A stretch of 64,000 nucleotides of DNA, from the NCBI GenBank assembly GCA_964016885.1, contig OZ024743.1, positions 194,246,001-194,310,000 of the forward strand, given 5' to 3'. This DNA comes from Eledone cirrhosa (taxonomy: Eukaryota). The translations under genes were made by a program, and so were the position numbers. The number at the start of each line of letters is the position of its first letter. Position 1 is the first letter of the stretch. Positions 42,032 through 55,627 of this stretch are shown piece after piece. Under the pieces are notes generated by a model. It was not told the origin of the DNA. It saw only the letters and a list, made by a program, of their open reading frames with translations, and did no database searches.

Positions 42032-42086
42032 GTATCTCCCTCTCTATATATATGTATATATATATATATGTTTTTCCCTCTATATA

Positions 42087-42132
<46 letters not shown>

Positions 42133-42772
42133 CACATACATATAAATATATATAATACACAAACACACATGTACACACACACAACTTTTTATACACATAA
42201 ATACAGCCACATACACCATCACAATTTTCCTTTCGCTCCACCATATACCTCTTTATTTCCTTCACACACACAAATAGACACAATTACACATACACACACA
42301 TACACACACACAAACACACGCACAAATACTCTTTCTTTCTGTCATTTCTTCTACTATTCATATATACACACACGGTTTCTATCTCTCTGTAAATATCGCA
42401 CATAATCAAACAGATGTGTTAAGAGCAACTACGCGTTTTTAGTTTATAAACTGACATATTTGCAACAACCTTCCTATCATATCAATAATCCATTTAATAG
42501 CTTTTGCTATATTCCTAGCTATTTTATTGAATCATGTCTCAGTTTTATGCAGTATTATAGCGACTTTCTGAATTAGTCTCCAAACCTAAACGCATTATAA
42601 CCCAAATTTGCTTATACATTTTTTTCTTATATAGGAAACTCGTAACATCACCTCTACTTTAACCATTCTATAAATTCATTATTATTTTTTTGTAGACATA
42701 CGCATGCGCCACCACCTCCACACATACTTACATACATACTTACATACAAACGTACATAAATACACAAATACC

Positions 42773-42847
<75 letters not shown>

Positions 42848-42979
42848 GCATATATACATATATATGTAGACATATATGTTTGTACATATAAATATGTACG
42901 TACATATAAATATATACGTACATTTATATATATATATATAAATATATATATATGTGTATATATATATATAAGTATATAT

Positions 42980-43067
<88 letters not shown>

Positions 43068-43068
43068 A

Positions 43069-43115
<47 letters not shown>

Positions 43116-43639
43116 TTATTGATAAGTCTTCATTGGTAACTTTCCTATAAAGCGGCCACTATTTTATAATTTGTTCTTGTAATGTCGTTCATTAGTTATC
43201 TTTCAAACAATAAAAAGAAACTATTATTACTATTATTATCGTTGTTTTTGCTCTTGTTGTCGTTGTTCTTTCTATTGTTGTTGCTGATGTTGCTATTATT
43301 ACTGTTATTAAGCTGTAGATGTTTATGTATGTGTTTATGTGCCTTCCATGGTGGAGTTGGGGAATCTCTGGCTGGTGTATTGTAGGAGGGGATGTTCTCT
43401 TAACCAAGACAGAGCTTAAAAATAAGTCATCAAGAAAAAAAAAATTTGAAATACTTTATATGTGAATATACTATAGTTGTTGAAGTGACGTCCGAACGAG
43501 TAACTTCCACCACTGGGTCCCGAACGATAGGATGGTGAATGTATTACCTCGAAGAATGGCGAGGGAGACGCGCTGAAAGTGCCACTCACCGGGCTCGCTC
43601 CTGTGGATGGCCAACTCCGCCCCTATAACTAAAGGTGTA

Positions 43640-44140
43640 GATTATTTCAAATTTAGGAACAAGGCCAGTAGCATTGTGGAGAGGGGAATGTAGATTAAAT
43701 CGACCCCAGTATTTAGCCGGTACATTATTTTATCAACTTTGGAAGGATTAAATACAAAGATGACCAAGACAGGATTTAGACTCAGATCGCAGAGAGTCGT
43801 AGGTAAATACGACAAATAATATTGTCCGAGAATCTTCCAATACTGCTAACCCACCGCCTTTAGCTGGGAGAATATTAATAGCAAATGCCTGGCCTTAATA
43901 ATGATTGTCAAAATATTGATTTCTAATGGAGACACATGACCAGCAATTTGAGGGGAGGAGAAGAGCGACTATATCGACCTCATCTCTTTACTGGTACTGT
44001 ATTTTATGAACCAAAAAAAAGGATGGAAGACAAAGTTGACATTGATAGGATTTGAGCTCAGAAAGTAAAGTCGAAAGAATGCTACAATGTATAATATTTT
44101 GTCGGAGGTTCTAACAATTTTGTCATTCCACCACCCTACC
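43640..44140 (-). mobile_element. Two diverged SINE copies
   Basis: acaaggccag / atcgaccccagt / ggatttagactcag / ccgcc motifs. Confidence 0.7.
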
Positions 44141-44619
44141 ATTCTAAGTGATATTACGTCTGTCAATATTGGCTATGATGTGCTTCGCTACGTGATTTCC
44201 AGAAGGATTGCTGTCTGTTTATTCATTTATAGTTTTGATCTTGTACATTTTTACTGAGAACAGAGAGGACTAGTCATTCATCTGTGTTGGTATCCTAAAA
44301 GAGGCCGACATATTAAAAAAAGTTGTTTAGAAAGCATTTTTTAATTCACAATTATGCAAGGTGGTGAGGAATAATGGATGACAAGAAAAAGGGAATAGAG
44401 AATAGTATAGTGGAGAAATTCCTTTCATGCTAATCGAAGAAAACTTCCTTTCCAGTGGAACAAAATTTAAGAAAAAGAAAGAGGCAAAGAGTATGTTTCT
44501 ATGGATGGATCTATAACTCCTGATGGAGTTGCAGCGAGGCAGACCGTCCTGGTATATAGTATTTATTGGGCATTTTACACCTGGCGCCAACCAACACTAC
44601 ATAACGAGAGAGAGTGAGA

Positions 44620-44701
<82 letters not shown>

Positions 44702-44759
44702 ATATATATATATAATATGGAAAACGAAGAATCCGTGATGCATGGGAACACAATTTATT

Positions 44760-44852
44760 ACGTATAACAATTGTTTCTCCGGCGAACAGCTTGGGGTGCG
44801 ATCTGTTTGTGGATCGAACCTGACTCTGGATTCGCAAGTTCCTCAGATACGT
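44760..44852 (-). ncRNA. Type I hammerhead with long stem II
   Basis: Minus strand: acgtat CTGAGGA acttgcgaa...ttcgccgga GAAA caattg TT atacgt. Confidence 0.75.
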
Positions 44853-45225
44853 GTAGTGATTTTGAACCAAAATCTCTTTCTGCTGGACTCCGACCTTTCG
44901 AATCTTTATCATCTGCCATCATCCTGTTTGCACGGCACTTAGATTGGTTGATAGTTCGCAACGTCATCATAGTGTTTGACCATTGAAATCTGCCCATTGG
45001 TCATCTCCATTCAGGCATGAGCGGTCACACACCCCAATCCCATTGCCATAAATTACTGCTGCGTGTAAGATAGTTGTTATGAATTCCCATGCCAATCCCT
45101 TGCTTGCCTGCCTCCCCATACATATACACCCACACGCACATGTGCTCACACCTATATACAGGCATTCCGAGCCATTAATCGTACACTTATCTGTGTGGAC
45201 CTACACACACACACACGCACACACG

Positions 45226-45315
<90 letters not shown>

Positions 45316-45809
45316 AATATAGAAATAACCAAAGAGTGTTTAGAAATAAATAAATTGTTTTATTAGCATACAGTGTTTCATCCATACCATATGGCAGGAA
45401 TCAGCAGAGCCTATAAACAAGAGTATATCAAAGGTTGCAGGCTCCATCAAGCTCAGTCACCAGAACAAGGTTAAGCGACCAGTAGGGGGTCCCAAGGCTA
45501 GCGCTATGTAGAAAATGACGCAATACATGACGCACATAATGTCATAAAATGTCATAAAAAGTTACATAAAAAATTTACATAAAATATTTTTTCACATAGA
45601 TGGTGCAATAACTGATAAGGAGGTTGGGAGAGGATAGCAAAAAATGAGTGAGGGTGTTACTCAGCATGATCAAAATATATATATATATATATACATACAC
45701 ATATATGTTTATAGACATGTGCACATACAAACACACACATATATGCTCACCAATACATACACATATGCATTCATTCAAGCCTACTCTTACACACACACCC
45801 ACGTATATA

Positions 45810-45857
<48 letters not shown>

Positions 45858-45858
45858 C

Positions 45859-45892
<34 letters not shown>

Positions 45893-45902
45893 GTGTGTAT
45901 AT

Positions 45903-45957
<55 letters not shown>

Positions 45958-46646
45958 CGTGCATGCACACGCACACACACATGTGTGTACATATACATAT
46001 ACACATACATACATATATACACACACACACACACACACATATATGCGGTCACACCCAGGCAGACATACACATATATATATATATATATTATATATTTCTC
46101 ATATATATTTATATATTTCTTATATATTCTTTATATATTTTTAATATATGTTTTGGGTATACCCCTTACATTATTCCTATGAGCTTCCCATATGTAATTT
46201 TGTTTAAGGTTTCTATATGTGGATTAGCTCACGTTAGCACCATAATGGCAACTCAGTCAACATGTGCATCAAAGTGTGTCTGCATATACGTATATACCGT
46301 TATGTGAGATGCTGCATGTATTCATCGACGTATCCCCCATATGTACTTTTTTTGTACTTTTCACGTATTTCCCCACGTAATATTTCGTTGTGCACTAAAT
46401 GATGTACAGCATCATGTGCATGTTTATATGCACTTCCTAAATATTTTTATACAGTTTATTTTCATATATGTGCGTACGTGTGTGTGTGTATGTCTGTCTC
46501 GGTGTGAGTGCATATATATGTGTGTGTATGTATAAGTACATACACGCATATGTGTGTGTGTGTGCGTGTGCATGCACGCACATATATATATATATATATG
46601 TATATATACACACATATATATATATATGTATGTGTATATATGTGCG

Positions 46647-46677
<31 letters not shown>

Positions 46678-46798
46678 TTGTGTGTGTGTGTAACAGTAGG
46701 CTTGAATGAATGCATATGTAAACGCGTGTGTCTATGTATGGGTGAGCATATATGTGTGTGTATGTATGTATGTACACATGTATATAAGAATATATGTT

Positions 46799-46879
<81 letters not shown>

Positions 46880-47013
46880 ATGAATAGATATATGTACATA
46901 TACGTGGGTCCCGTATGTGTACGTGTGGGCATGTGTATGCGTATGTTTGTATCTATATATGAGAGGTGAATACATATATGTATGTACATGTGTGAACACG
47001 CAAACCCGCAAGC

Positions 47014-47091
<78 letters not shown>

Positions 47092-47121
47092 TGTGCGTGT
47101 GCGTGCGCGTGTGCGTGTGTG

Positions 47122-47179
<58 letters not shown>

Positions 47180-47530
47180 TAGGTCCACACAGATAAGTGT
47201 ACGATTAATGGCTCGGAATGCCTGTATATAGGTGTGAGCACATGTGCGTGTGGGTGTATATGTATGGGGAGGCAGGCAATCAAGGGATTGGTATAGGAAT
47301 TCATAACAACTATCTTACACGCAGCAGTAATTTATGGCAATGGGATTGGGGTGTGTGACCGCTCATGCCTGAATGGAGACGACCAATGGGCAGATTTCAA
47401 TGGTCAAACACTATGATGACGTCGCGAACTATCAACCAATCTAAGTGCCGTGGAAACAGGATGATGGCAGATGATAAAGATTCGAAAGGTCGGAGTCCAG
47501 CAGAAAGAGAATTTGGTTCGAAATCACTAG

Positions 47531-47623
47531 ACGTATCTGAGGAACTTGCGAATCCAGAGTCAGGTTCGATCCACAAACAGATCGCACCTCGAGCTGTTCG
47601 CCGGAGAAACTATTGTAATACGT
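47531..47623 (+). ncRNA. Type I hammerhead with long stem II
   Basis: acgtat CTGAGGA ...GAAA ctattg TA atacgt; 6-bp stem I, GUA site. Confidence 0.78.
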
Positions 47624-47767
47624 AATAAATTGTATTCTGATGCTTCACTGATTCTTTGTTTACCATATTATCATACTCTGCTCCGAATGAGCATAGAGGG
47701 CTCAACCGGCATACCGCCTATGGACGCATCCTAGCAACCATACGATATATATATATATATAGTGAGA

Positions 47768-47846
<79 letters not shown>

Positions 47847-49884
47847 ATACTTCTGCCGGATTGATACTTCTCATCGATCTAGATTGTATGAAAGCCAAAG
47901 CTGACCTCGGTGGGAATTGAAATGAAAAAGCGCAGAAAACTGGAACAAATACGATAAATCATTCTACCAGACGTTCTAACAACTCAACTTCTGTTAATTC
48001 TTCAACAGAGGTAAACACCATTAGTTACAAGTACTACCATCTCTAGTAACTGGAGTAGCGACAATATCAACAACAATAACAACAGAGTCTTCAATACCAA
48101 CGCCACCATAAACTAACTAATAACGGTCTCAGCCACGGAGAGTATAAAACGCGGAATTAGTATAATAAAAGCAATTGTATTCAAGATCAACACCAACAAT
48201 TCCATATATACTGTGTCCACTTCACCACTAACAGGAATAATAGCAGCATTAGGAGTAGCAGTAACAACAGCAACAACATAGACAACAGCTGCACCAAGAA
48301 CACTGCAAAGTATGTATTCATTTATAATATTTTTGGAAGAGCAGCAATTATGGTTAACTAAGTCTATTGAGAACAAAAGCGGGCAGACATTAGCAACACC
48401 AAATAAAGCAGGATCTCAAACTAATTCTGAGGCATGGAAGTAGCAAACGTTGAGATAACAAAGGCATAAGAAACAACGCCAGCATCAGTACATACAAAAT
48501 GATACATGGACACACATACATCTACCATCTTCCTCCCAATACTTTTCAAACGACATAGAGAAAGAAGATGAGATTGGATCATAACATACCACGATCATGT
48601 GTAAGAATGTACTTTGAAATGATATATGAGTTGAAATTTAACAGAAATGTGACGTTCCCTTAAAAAAATCTGGGATTCATTAAATATGATCATTTAGTGA
48701 AAGAATATTCATTTTCATATACATGCATACACGTGCACATATATACACACACACGCAAATACACACAGACACTCATATATCCACACACGTGTGAACACGT
48801 ACACACATAAAGACGCACACACACTCGCACACATATATATGTACCTACACACGTAAACACGCGTACATTTATATATATATAGAGAGAGATATACATACAA
48901 AAAAGGCAAACGAAGTTATGAAATTAAGTAAATTTCATTTCTTATATATGTTATCATTGATGGCTTCAATACTGAAGGCAGATATTTTGCTTTCAATGGT
49001 TGAAAAACTGATATGACGAGAGGGTGTATAGAGAAAAACATATATATATGATACATATGTGGAACAGCTAATAAAAAACAAATGAAATTTTAAATAAAAG
49101 ACAATATACTGGAATTCATTCAATCATCAGTAAACGACCATTCACACAAATTATCTATGAAGCCATATTACAACTAGTTAGAAGAAACTAAATCATATGA
49201 CCAACGAAGGACCAATGTAAACTAGTATCAAATTACGAACCGAGGCAAGGATTCGAAATAGAAGACGTCTAAATGAAGAGTATATTGCTGTAAGGCTGTA
49301 TTACAAAAAAAGGCGACATATCTTTTTTTTAACATTCAGCTATAAAGTAGCATATTTTCTTTGGTTCTCTTGTCAAAAGTTACAGCCATTCAGAAGCGGA
49401 CATTTTCAGACAGCAGAGTCAAAGGTTCTAGATACTTTAGGCCGTTTGTTTGGGGTTTATGTCATCGTTCACTTAAGATACGAAATACAAAGTGGCTTTT
49501 GGTATGATTGGAAATGACCTAGCCACATACATTAATACTGTAGGATGTTTGTGCCCGAATGTACCTATTTTCAATCAAGACACGTACACACATACACGCA
49601 CGCGTACCGCCTTTATGGTTATGAGTATTGAAAAAATAGTCGACTTCCTTCTTCTGGTCTCATTTTACTTGCTCTTGGGAGTGTGGTGTGAATGCACAAT
49701 TTATTCATATATCTGTACGAGAAACATGGATATAGATATTTAGAATTTTCATATTTATCTATTTATCTTAATATGCACACATTGTCTCATATATCTTGTG
49801 CCATTCCACTTAAAGCTGTTATATATAACAAGGAGTTGTTTATGGTTTTTTTCCAACTTGATGAAAGCCATTTACACTGTCAAT

Positions 49885-50055
49885 CGCAAAGCTCTCTAGA
49901 AAACCCTCAAAAAGTTGGCATACCTAAATAATATGCTGAATATCATCATATCCTTTCATGAGGGCATGAAAGCATCAATTATGTCAAATAGTAAATGCCC
50001 TGAACACTTTTGTGTCATAAATGGTATGAAGCAGGGTTGTATCATGGTTCCTTAT
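49885..50055 (+). mobile_element. RTE/BovB-like RT fragment
   Basis: KVGIPK / LNIIISFHEGMKASI / FCVINGMKQGCIMVP. Confidence 0.7.
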
Positions 50056-50331
50056 TCTTTTTATTATATTGTCACATTGACATTGTTAAAAATTATTATT
50101 TCTCCATTTATTTACGCTTGAAGGTAACGTTCGATGCGGCAGCAATGTTATCTGTCTTATATATACAAGTGTATGATGATAGCGTGTGTATGGGTAAACC
50201 GTCTGAGTATACCAAAACAGGTGAAGCCTTAAGCCAACTCACCAGTTGAATCAGCCTTGTACTGAACGCGTGACCTAATGATTGTGAAGGAAGTGTCTCT
50301 TATCCAATCAGTCATGGATATGGTTCAGCCC

Positions 50332-50593
<262 letters not shown>

Positions 50594-51016
50594 TAACTTT
50601 AATGCGTGCTATTACAATTATAATTATAGTACCACTCATTAAAGTTAAACATTTTATTTTTGTATTCACGGTGTATATTGGAATATTATTAATAATAGTC
50701 TAGAATAAATTTAATCATATCATACAAAAATAATAGAGTTTTCACCGTATATTCGAATTAGATAGATATCAAAAGAATGAGGATATTATTAAGATACATA
50801 AAACCGCTTACGGAACAGTTAACTTGATTGGATTAGCTGCATAAATTATGAGATTAATTATACAATCAAACTAGAATGATTTTACAATTAAGTGAAGCCG
50901 AATAAAATAAGGTTAAATCCGTCTTTAAATACACTAACGGAGTTATAATGACATAGCTTAAGTAATTAAACATGTTTACATATTTGCGAGGTGTATTTTG
51001 TTCGTTTTACTTGTCG

Positions 51017-51270
51017 CTCTCTGATCGATCGACAAGATCCCAGACCTCATTCGCTTGCCGAGTGGGGTGGACCTAGTCAAATCGAACCAAGGAAACAATG
51101 TTTCTATTTGTCTTTCTATTGCTGATAGTATCTACTGGTCGCGACTCCTGGCAGAAAGATCAACGGGAAATAAAGTGTCTTGCTCACGGACACAACAAAT
51201 CACCCGGTCCGAGAATTGAACGCGCAACCACATGATTACGAATCCCACTCTAACCACTGACCTACGCGCC
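51017..51270 (-). mobile_element. Second SINE family, copy 2
   Basis: Minus-strand head ggcgcgtaggtcagtggttagagtgg...gttcaattc; homologous to 6085-6295. Confidence 0.78.
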
Positions 51271-51519
51271 TTGTAAGCTCGTCGAATAGACTGTATCTAT
51301 TTAGATGTAATAAACGTAATCCGTTGCTTTAGTTTAAGATCTCTATATGGCTCATCAGTACCTTTACCGAAAACCACTCACATGTAAGCATTCAGTCCAG
51401 GCTAGCTACATACACCGCTTGCTACTGATGCAACATATATTTCCTGAAGTCTCCTAGCAATCTCAATAAAACTTCACCCCGTGCTTTAATTCATATTAAA
51501 CCACATATTTTCAATTACA

Positions 51520-51550
<31 letters not shown>

Positions 51551-52407
51551 GCTGCGTGTAAGAGACATAGAGTATTTTAATAAGAATTTAAAGATACGCA
51601 ATACATTCCACCCTCTCCTCCACACATGCCCACACACACTGACACGCACAAACACAAATACAAATACACACTTTCTCATTCTACACACAAACATAAACTG
51701 ATTCAAGAAGAAAACACAATTTCACATTCAATAGATTCATACAATTCTTTTCTACATTCAAATATACACAATTATTCTAAGACCAACGCATGTATATCTG
51801 ACGGACAGACAGTGCATTATAAACACAAATATATGCATTCATATGGCTTCTATTTACACACAGGCACTTTTTATTTCTACACATACAATGCTTCTAGACA
51901 CATACATGCAACTGTATATTTACTGCAATGCACAAATACATTCACACATGTCCATCCGTATAGGTTTGCGTTCATTGTTCACCCATTCAGTGATTCTGTA
52001 TAATGTAAATGCAAATATACAATATGTAAATATAATATATAAATGTAGGATTTGCTATATTGGAAATCCTGAGAATTACTGGGAAGAGTGAAAATGAAGC
52101 TGTGGAGTTCATTATTTTCCAATTCGATATAACTACGTATATGATTAGTTTCAGGTTGTAGCAATGTGTGATCAATATATTATACACTGTGCCACATTAC
52201 TTTGACACTGATGTGCACATAATTAATAATTTGAATACAATAGGAGTGCTTCGATATTTATATTACGTCTATCTACGGCCCTCTGTATATGAGCATCATA
52301 CACACACACTCACACACACATACACACACATGCAAGCAAAATACATACACACACACACTGTCTCTCTCTCCCCCCCACACACCAACACACACCACACACA
52401 AACACAA

Positions 52408-52460
<53 letters not shown>

Positions 52461-52589
52461 AAGTTATATTTAAAATTGTTGGGTTACAACTAGTAAATAT
52501 TTATAACTGCTATAAAAGCACTCGACAAATATTTGGAGTATATTTACAATATTAAATAAATGGAAAACTATATTTATAAAACCATATTT

Positions 52590-52653
52590 ATTTCATTATA
52601 TATATTTCGGGGATATCATATTAACAATATGCTATGCCTTCATCAGACAAAAT
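52590..52653 (-). ncRNA. Type I hammerhead in the spacer of inverted repeat 52342-52430 / 52735-52848
   Basis: Minus strand: attttgt CTGATGA aggcatagcatatt gtt aatatgatatcccc GAAA tatata TA atgaaat. Confidence 0.7.
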
Positions 52654-52847
52654 ACAATATAAACAGTTTTATAGATAAATATATTCGACATACCGTAATA
52701 AACATCAACTTCATTTGAAGAGGTTTACTCTAGCATATATATATATATGTGTGTGTGTGTGTGTTTGTTTTTGTGTGTGGTGTGTGTGGTCTGTGTGGTG
52801 TGTGTTGGTGTGAGGAGGGAGAGAGAGACAGTGTGTGTGTGTATGTA

Positions 52848-53066
52848 TCATAAAACATGTCTATAGAATCACCAGATAAAATATATACCATTTCCTCTCC
52901 CAATTAGCATAATTAACCATATAAAAAAATCGAATAGACCAGGCTATAAGAATAAGGCTTCTATGAAGAAATCTCCAACAAATAACCGGCTGCGACGGAA
53001 TATTTATCGAATATTTCGACAGCGTAATCGCCCAGATATAGTCAATTAAACAGAATTAGGTGTAAA
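52848..53066 (-). repeat. Truncated copy of the ~700-nt family (58341-59322, 62155-63292)
   Basis: cataaaacatgtctatagaatcaccag...aacagaattaggtgtaaaat matches 58343-58590. Confidence 0.85.
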
Positions 53067-53161
53067 ATATATATATATATATAAGTTTATCTCCGGTTCA
53101 ATCGTGAGTAACCACAGTAATTAAGGTACTCAATACATAGCATAGTATAAATATTTAATAT

Positions 53162-53258
53162 AGAAATGGATTCTTCAGGAACTGTTTCATTCGGGAGAAA
53201 TTATCTTGAAGCCCTGGTGATTTCTCCCGAACGAAAGAGTTCTAGTCCTGTAGAAGTC

Positions 53259-53264
<6 letters not shown>
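53162..53264. repeat. Fold-back carrying the 3' half of a hammerhead
   Basis: ttcgggagaaattatc / ggtgatttctcccgaa, then c GAAA gagttc TA gtcc; arms are mirrored out to agaaatg / catttct. Confidence 0.75.
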
Positions 53265-53322
<58 letters not shown>

Positions 53323-53763
53323 TTACTAGTATAACCAGGACTATTTCAAGGCTCTATTATGAGTCACCTTTTAGTAGATTTCAATTGCACACATGAATGT
53401 CTGTGAATAGATATATACGCTGTCCTGAGTATATATATATATATATATATTGACTTTTACTTACTTGTTAGTGTAGCTTCAAAGTTTCCAGAGGAGTTGT
53501 CTTTTATTTGTTGGGAAATATTTCTCGAGCTGATCACTTTTTTCAATCTCTAGTTTCGTGATAAGCGTCGGTCAAGGGAAACTCCTTGAAACCGTGAATA
53601 TTTGCTGTGATTTAAGGGCTGCAGTAGACGACAGATCTTCAACACTTCCGATTTACAGTAGCTATTTCTGGACTTATATGTAATTGAATATACAAGCTAA
53701 GTCATTGAAATATATTTTATGAGAGAAACATAAATAGTATATTCATCTTCATGCACTGACCCC

Positions 53764-53850
<87 letters not shown>

Positions 53851-53855
<5 letters not shown>

Positions 53856-54424
53856 CAATATGTAGAGAAGAGAGAAGATAACACACCAGAGAGAGAGAGA
53901 TGGTGCGCTATCAGTCAAACGAAAAAACCACCAGTGTATGGAATCTATAGCTCGTGGAAGGCAAAGTAGACACACAATAATAAAAAGAATAAATCAAAGT
54001 GCAAATACGTACCTTGATAACTATCTAATACACACGTACAAATCCAACAGGCTCTGTTTCACCAACTAATTTGTCGACAGAAACGATTAGCCTATGGTTC
54101 ATCAGCGTGTGTAAGGCTATACATTTCAGACAACACTAAAAGAAACTAAAGCGACCGTCCAGCCACACGTGGTAGAGAGAAATTCACAGCGTGCCTAGGG
54201 CAGCAACCAGTGGACTCTGTGGGGCGAACTGCTAGCCTTCCATGGGCTATAGATTCCATACACTGGTGGTTTTTCCCTGTTTGACTGATGGCGTACGATC
54301 TCTCTCTCTCTGGTGTGTTATCTTCTATACATATTGTATTATAAAGGGCTCGGGATTCCTTTTCCTTTGAGCACATTAATGACAGGGAATGGCGAGAGTC
54401 TATGGCTCCGTTAATTTACCGTGA
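53851..54424. mobile_element. Non-coding HHR element with ~110-bp inverted arms, flanked by (TA)n
   Basis: 53851-53961 is the reverse complement of 54233-54342; sibling at 60961-61643. Confidence 0.85.
54029..54113 (-). ncRNA. Full type I hammerhead ribozyme
   Basis: Minus strand: tacacacg CTGATGA acca..ctaat..attag..tggt GAAA cagagcc tgtt ggatttg TA cgtgtgta; 8-bp stem I, closed stem III. Confidence 0.88.
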
Positions 54425-54522
54425 TATGTATATATATATATATATATATACAGAGAGAGAGAGAGAGAAAGAGAGAGAGATAATGTGCGTGTATAGCTTA
54501 TAGGGTTTCAATTAAATATAAA

Positions 54523-54580
<58 letters not shown>

Positions 54581-54929
54581 GCTGCTGCTGCTGATGCTGC
54601 TTCTGCTGCTGCAGTCATCCTGGTGTTAGATATTTGTGTCAGTTTATTTAGACAATGAATTTTACACGTTCGAAAGAAAATTTATTGATTCCTCTCTGGC
54701 ATATGTATATATATACTGTATATATATATATATATATATATAATAAAAACAATGAATAAAAACAAAGAAAGAGTTCCTTATATTAAAAAAATCATCATTT
54801 TACGATCGTTTCTAGGATATATATGTGTGTGTTGGTATGGATATCATATAGAGCTATGTAAATATTTTACAAACTATCAGAAGGAATATATATACCTACA
54901 CATATATATGCTGTCTTCAGAAATAAATA

Positions 54930-55210
54930 TAATCTGAGTTTTTCGAATATTAATAATAACATTCGATTCGTTTGCAGTTATGAAAACATGCCTCAATTTT
55001 ATAGCCATGTCAGTAGAATGAACACTTCATTCATGCTCTTATGTTGGCATGCGAACAGAACTGCAGACACTAATGTTTCTGGGTTTCACCCTTCATCAGG
55101 ACAGCTCACTGTTCACGTGCCAATCTGTCAGAGCTAGTGAAAATATATGCTATTTTCAAAAATCACAAACGAATCGAATGTTATTATTAATATTCGAAAA
55201 ACTCAGATTA
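54930..55210. repeat. Inverted repeat (~45-bp arms) enclosing an HHR
   Basis: taatctgagtttttcgaatattaataataacattcgattcgtttg and its reverse complement at 55166-55210. Confidence 0.85.
55058..55107 (-). ncRNA. Type I hammerhead (slightly degenerate)
   Basis: Minus strand: gagctgtc CTGATGA agggt gaa accca GAAA cattagtg TC tgcagttc. Confidence 0.72.
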
Positions 55211-55383
55211 CATTTTTTGTATTCAGCCATGTAGAGCAACATTTTCTTTTCATATATATATAAATATGTATGTATATATATATTGTTATACTTTGGGAGG
55301 GTCATGTTGCCAATAAGAAACACACGCACCATATGTTTTCACTTCAATTTATTATTCCACAACCAGATAGTTGTTTATATATT

Positions 55384-55426
55384 GTCATAGTTCTTTCGTC
55401 ACAGACCCTGTGACCTCTTCAGTGAC
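55384..55426 (-). ncRNA. Minimal hammerhead in PLE 3' pLTR
   Basis: Minus strand: gtca CTGAAGA g gtcacag ggt ctgtgac GAAA gaac TA tgac. Confidence 0.85.
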
Positions 55427-55627
55427 TGGGGATTCCTTTCTTTGTTTCTGTGCCTCTCCTTTGTTCTGTCCTACGCCATTTTGTTTCAGTGTGTATGTCG
55501 TGTTCTCAGTCTGCGCATGCGCCACATCCGGGTGTCTGTGTGTGTTTATGTTTATTTATTTATTTGTTCATTTACATGTTACTGGTTGGTTGTTTGTTTT
55601 ATGTGTGTGTGTGTTTTCATTTTGTCC

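Larger units (their letters stand above)
44750..47633. repeat. Nested inverted repeats: outer arms 44750-45296 / ~47017-47633, inner arms ~45680-46085 / ~46480-46860
   Basis: Unique segments are reverse complements; mirrored ORFs 44758-44997 and 47365-47625 appear in the track. Confidence 0.9.
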
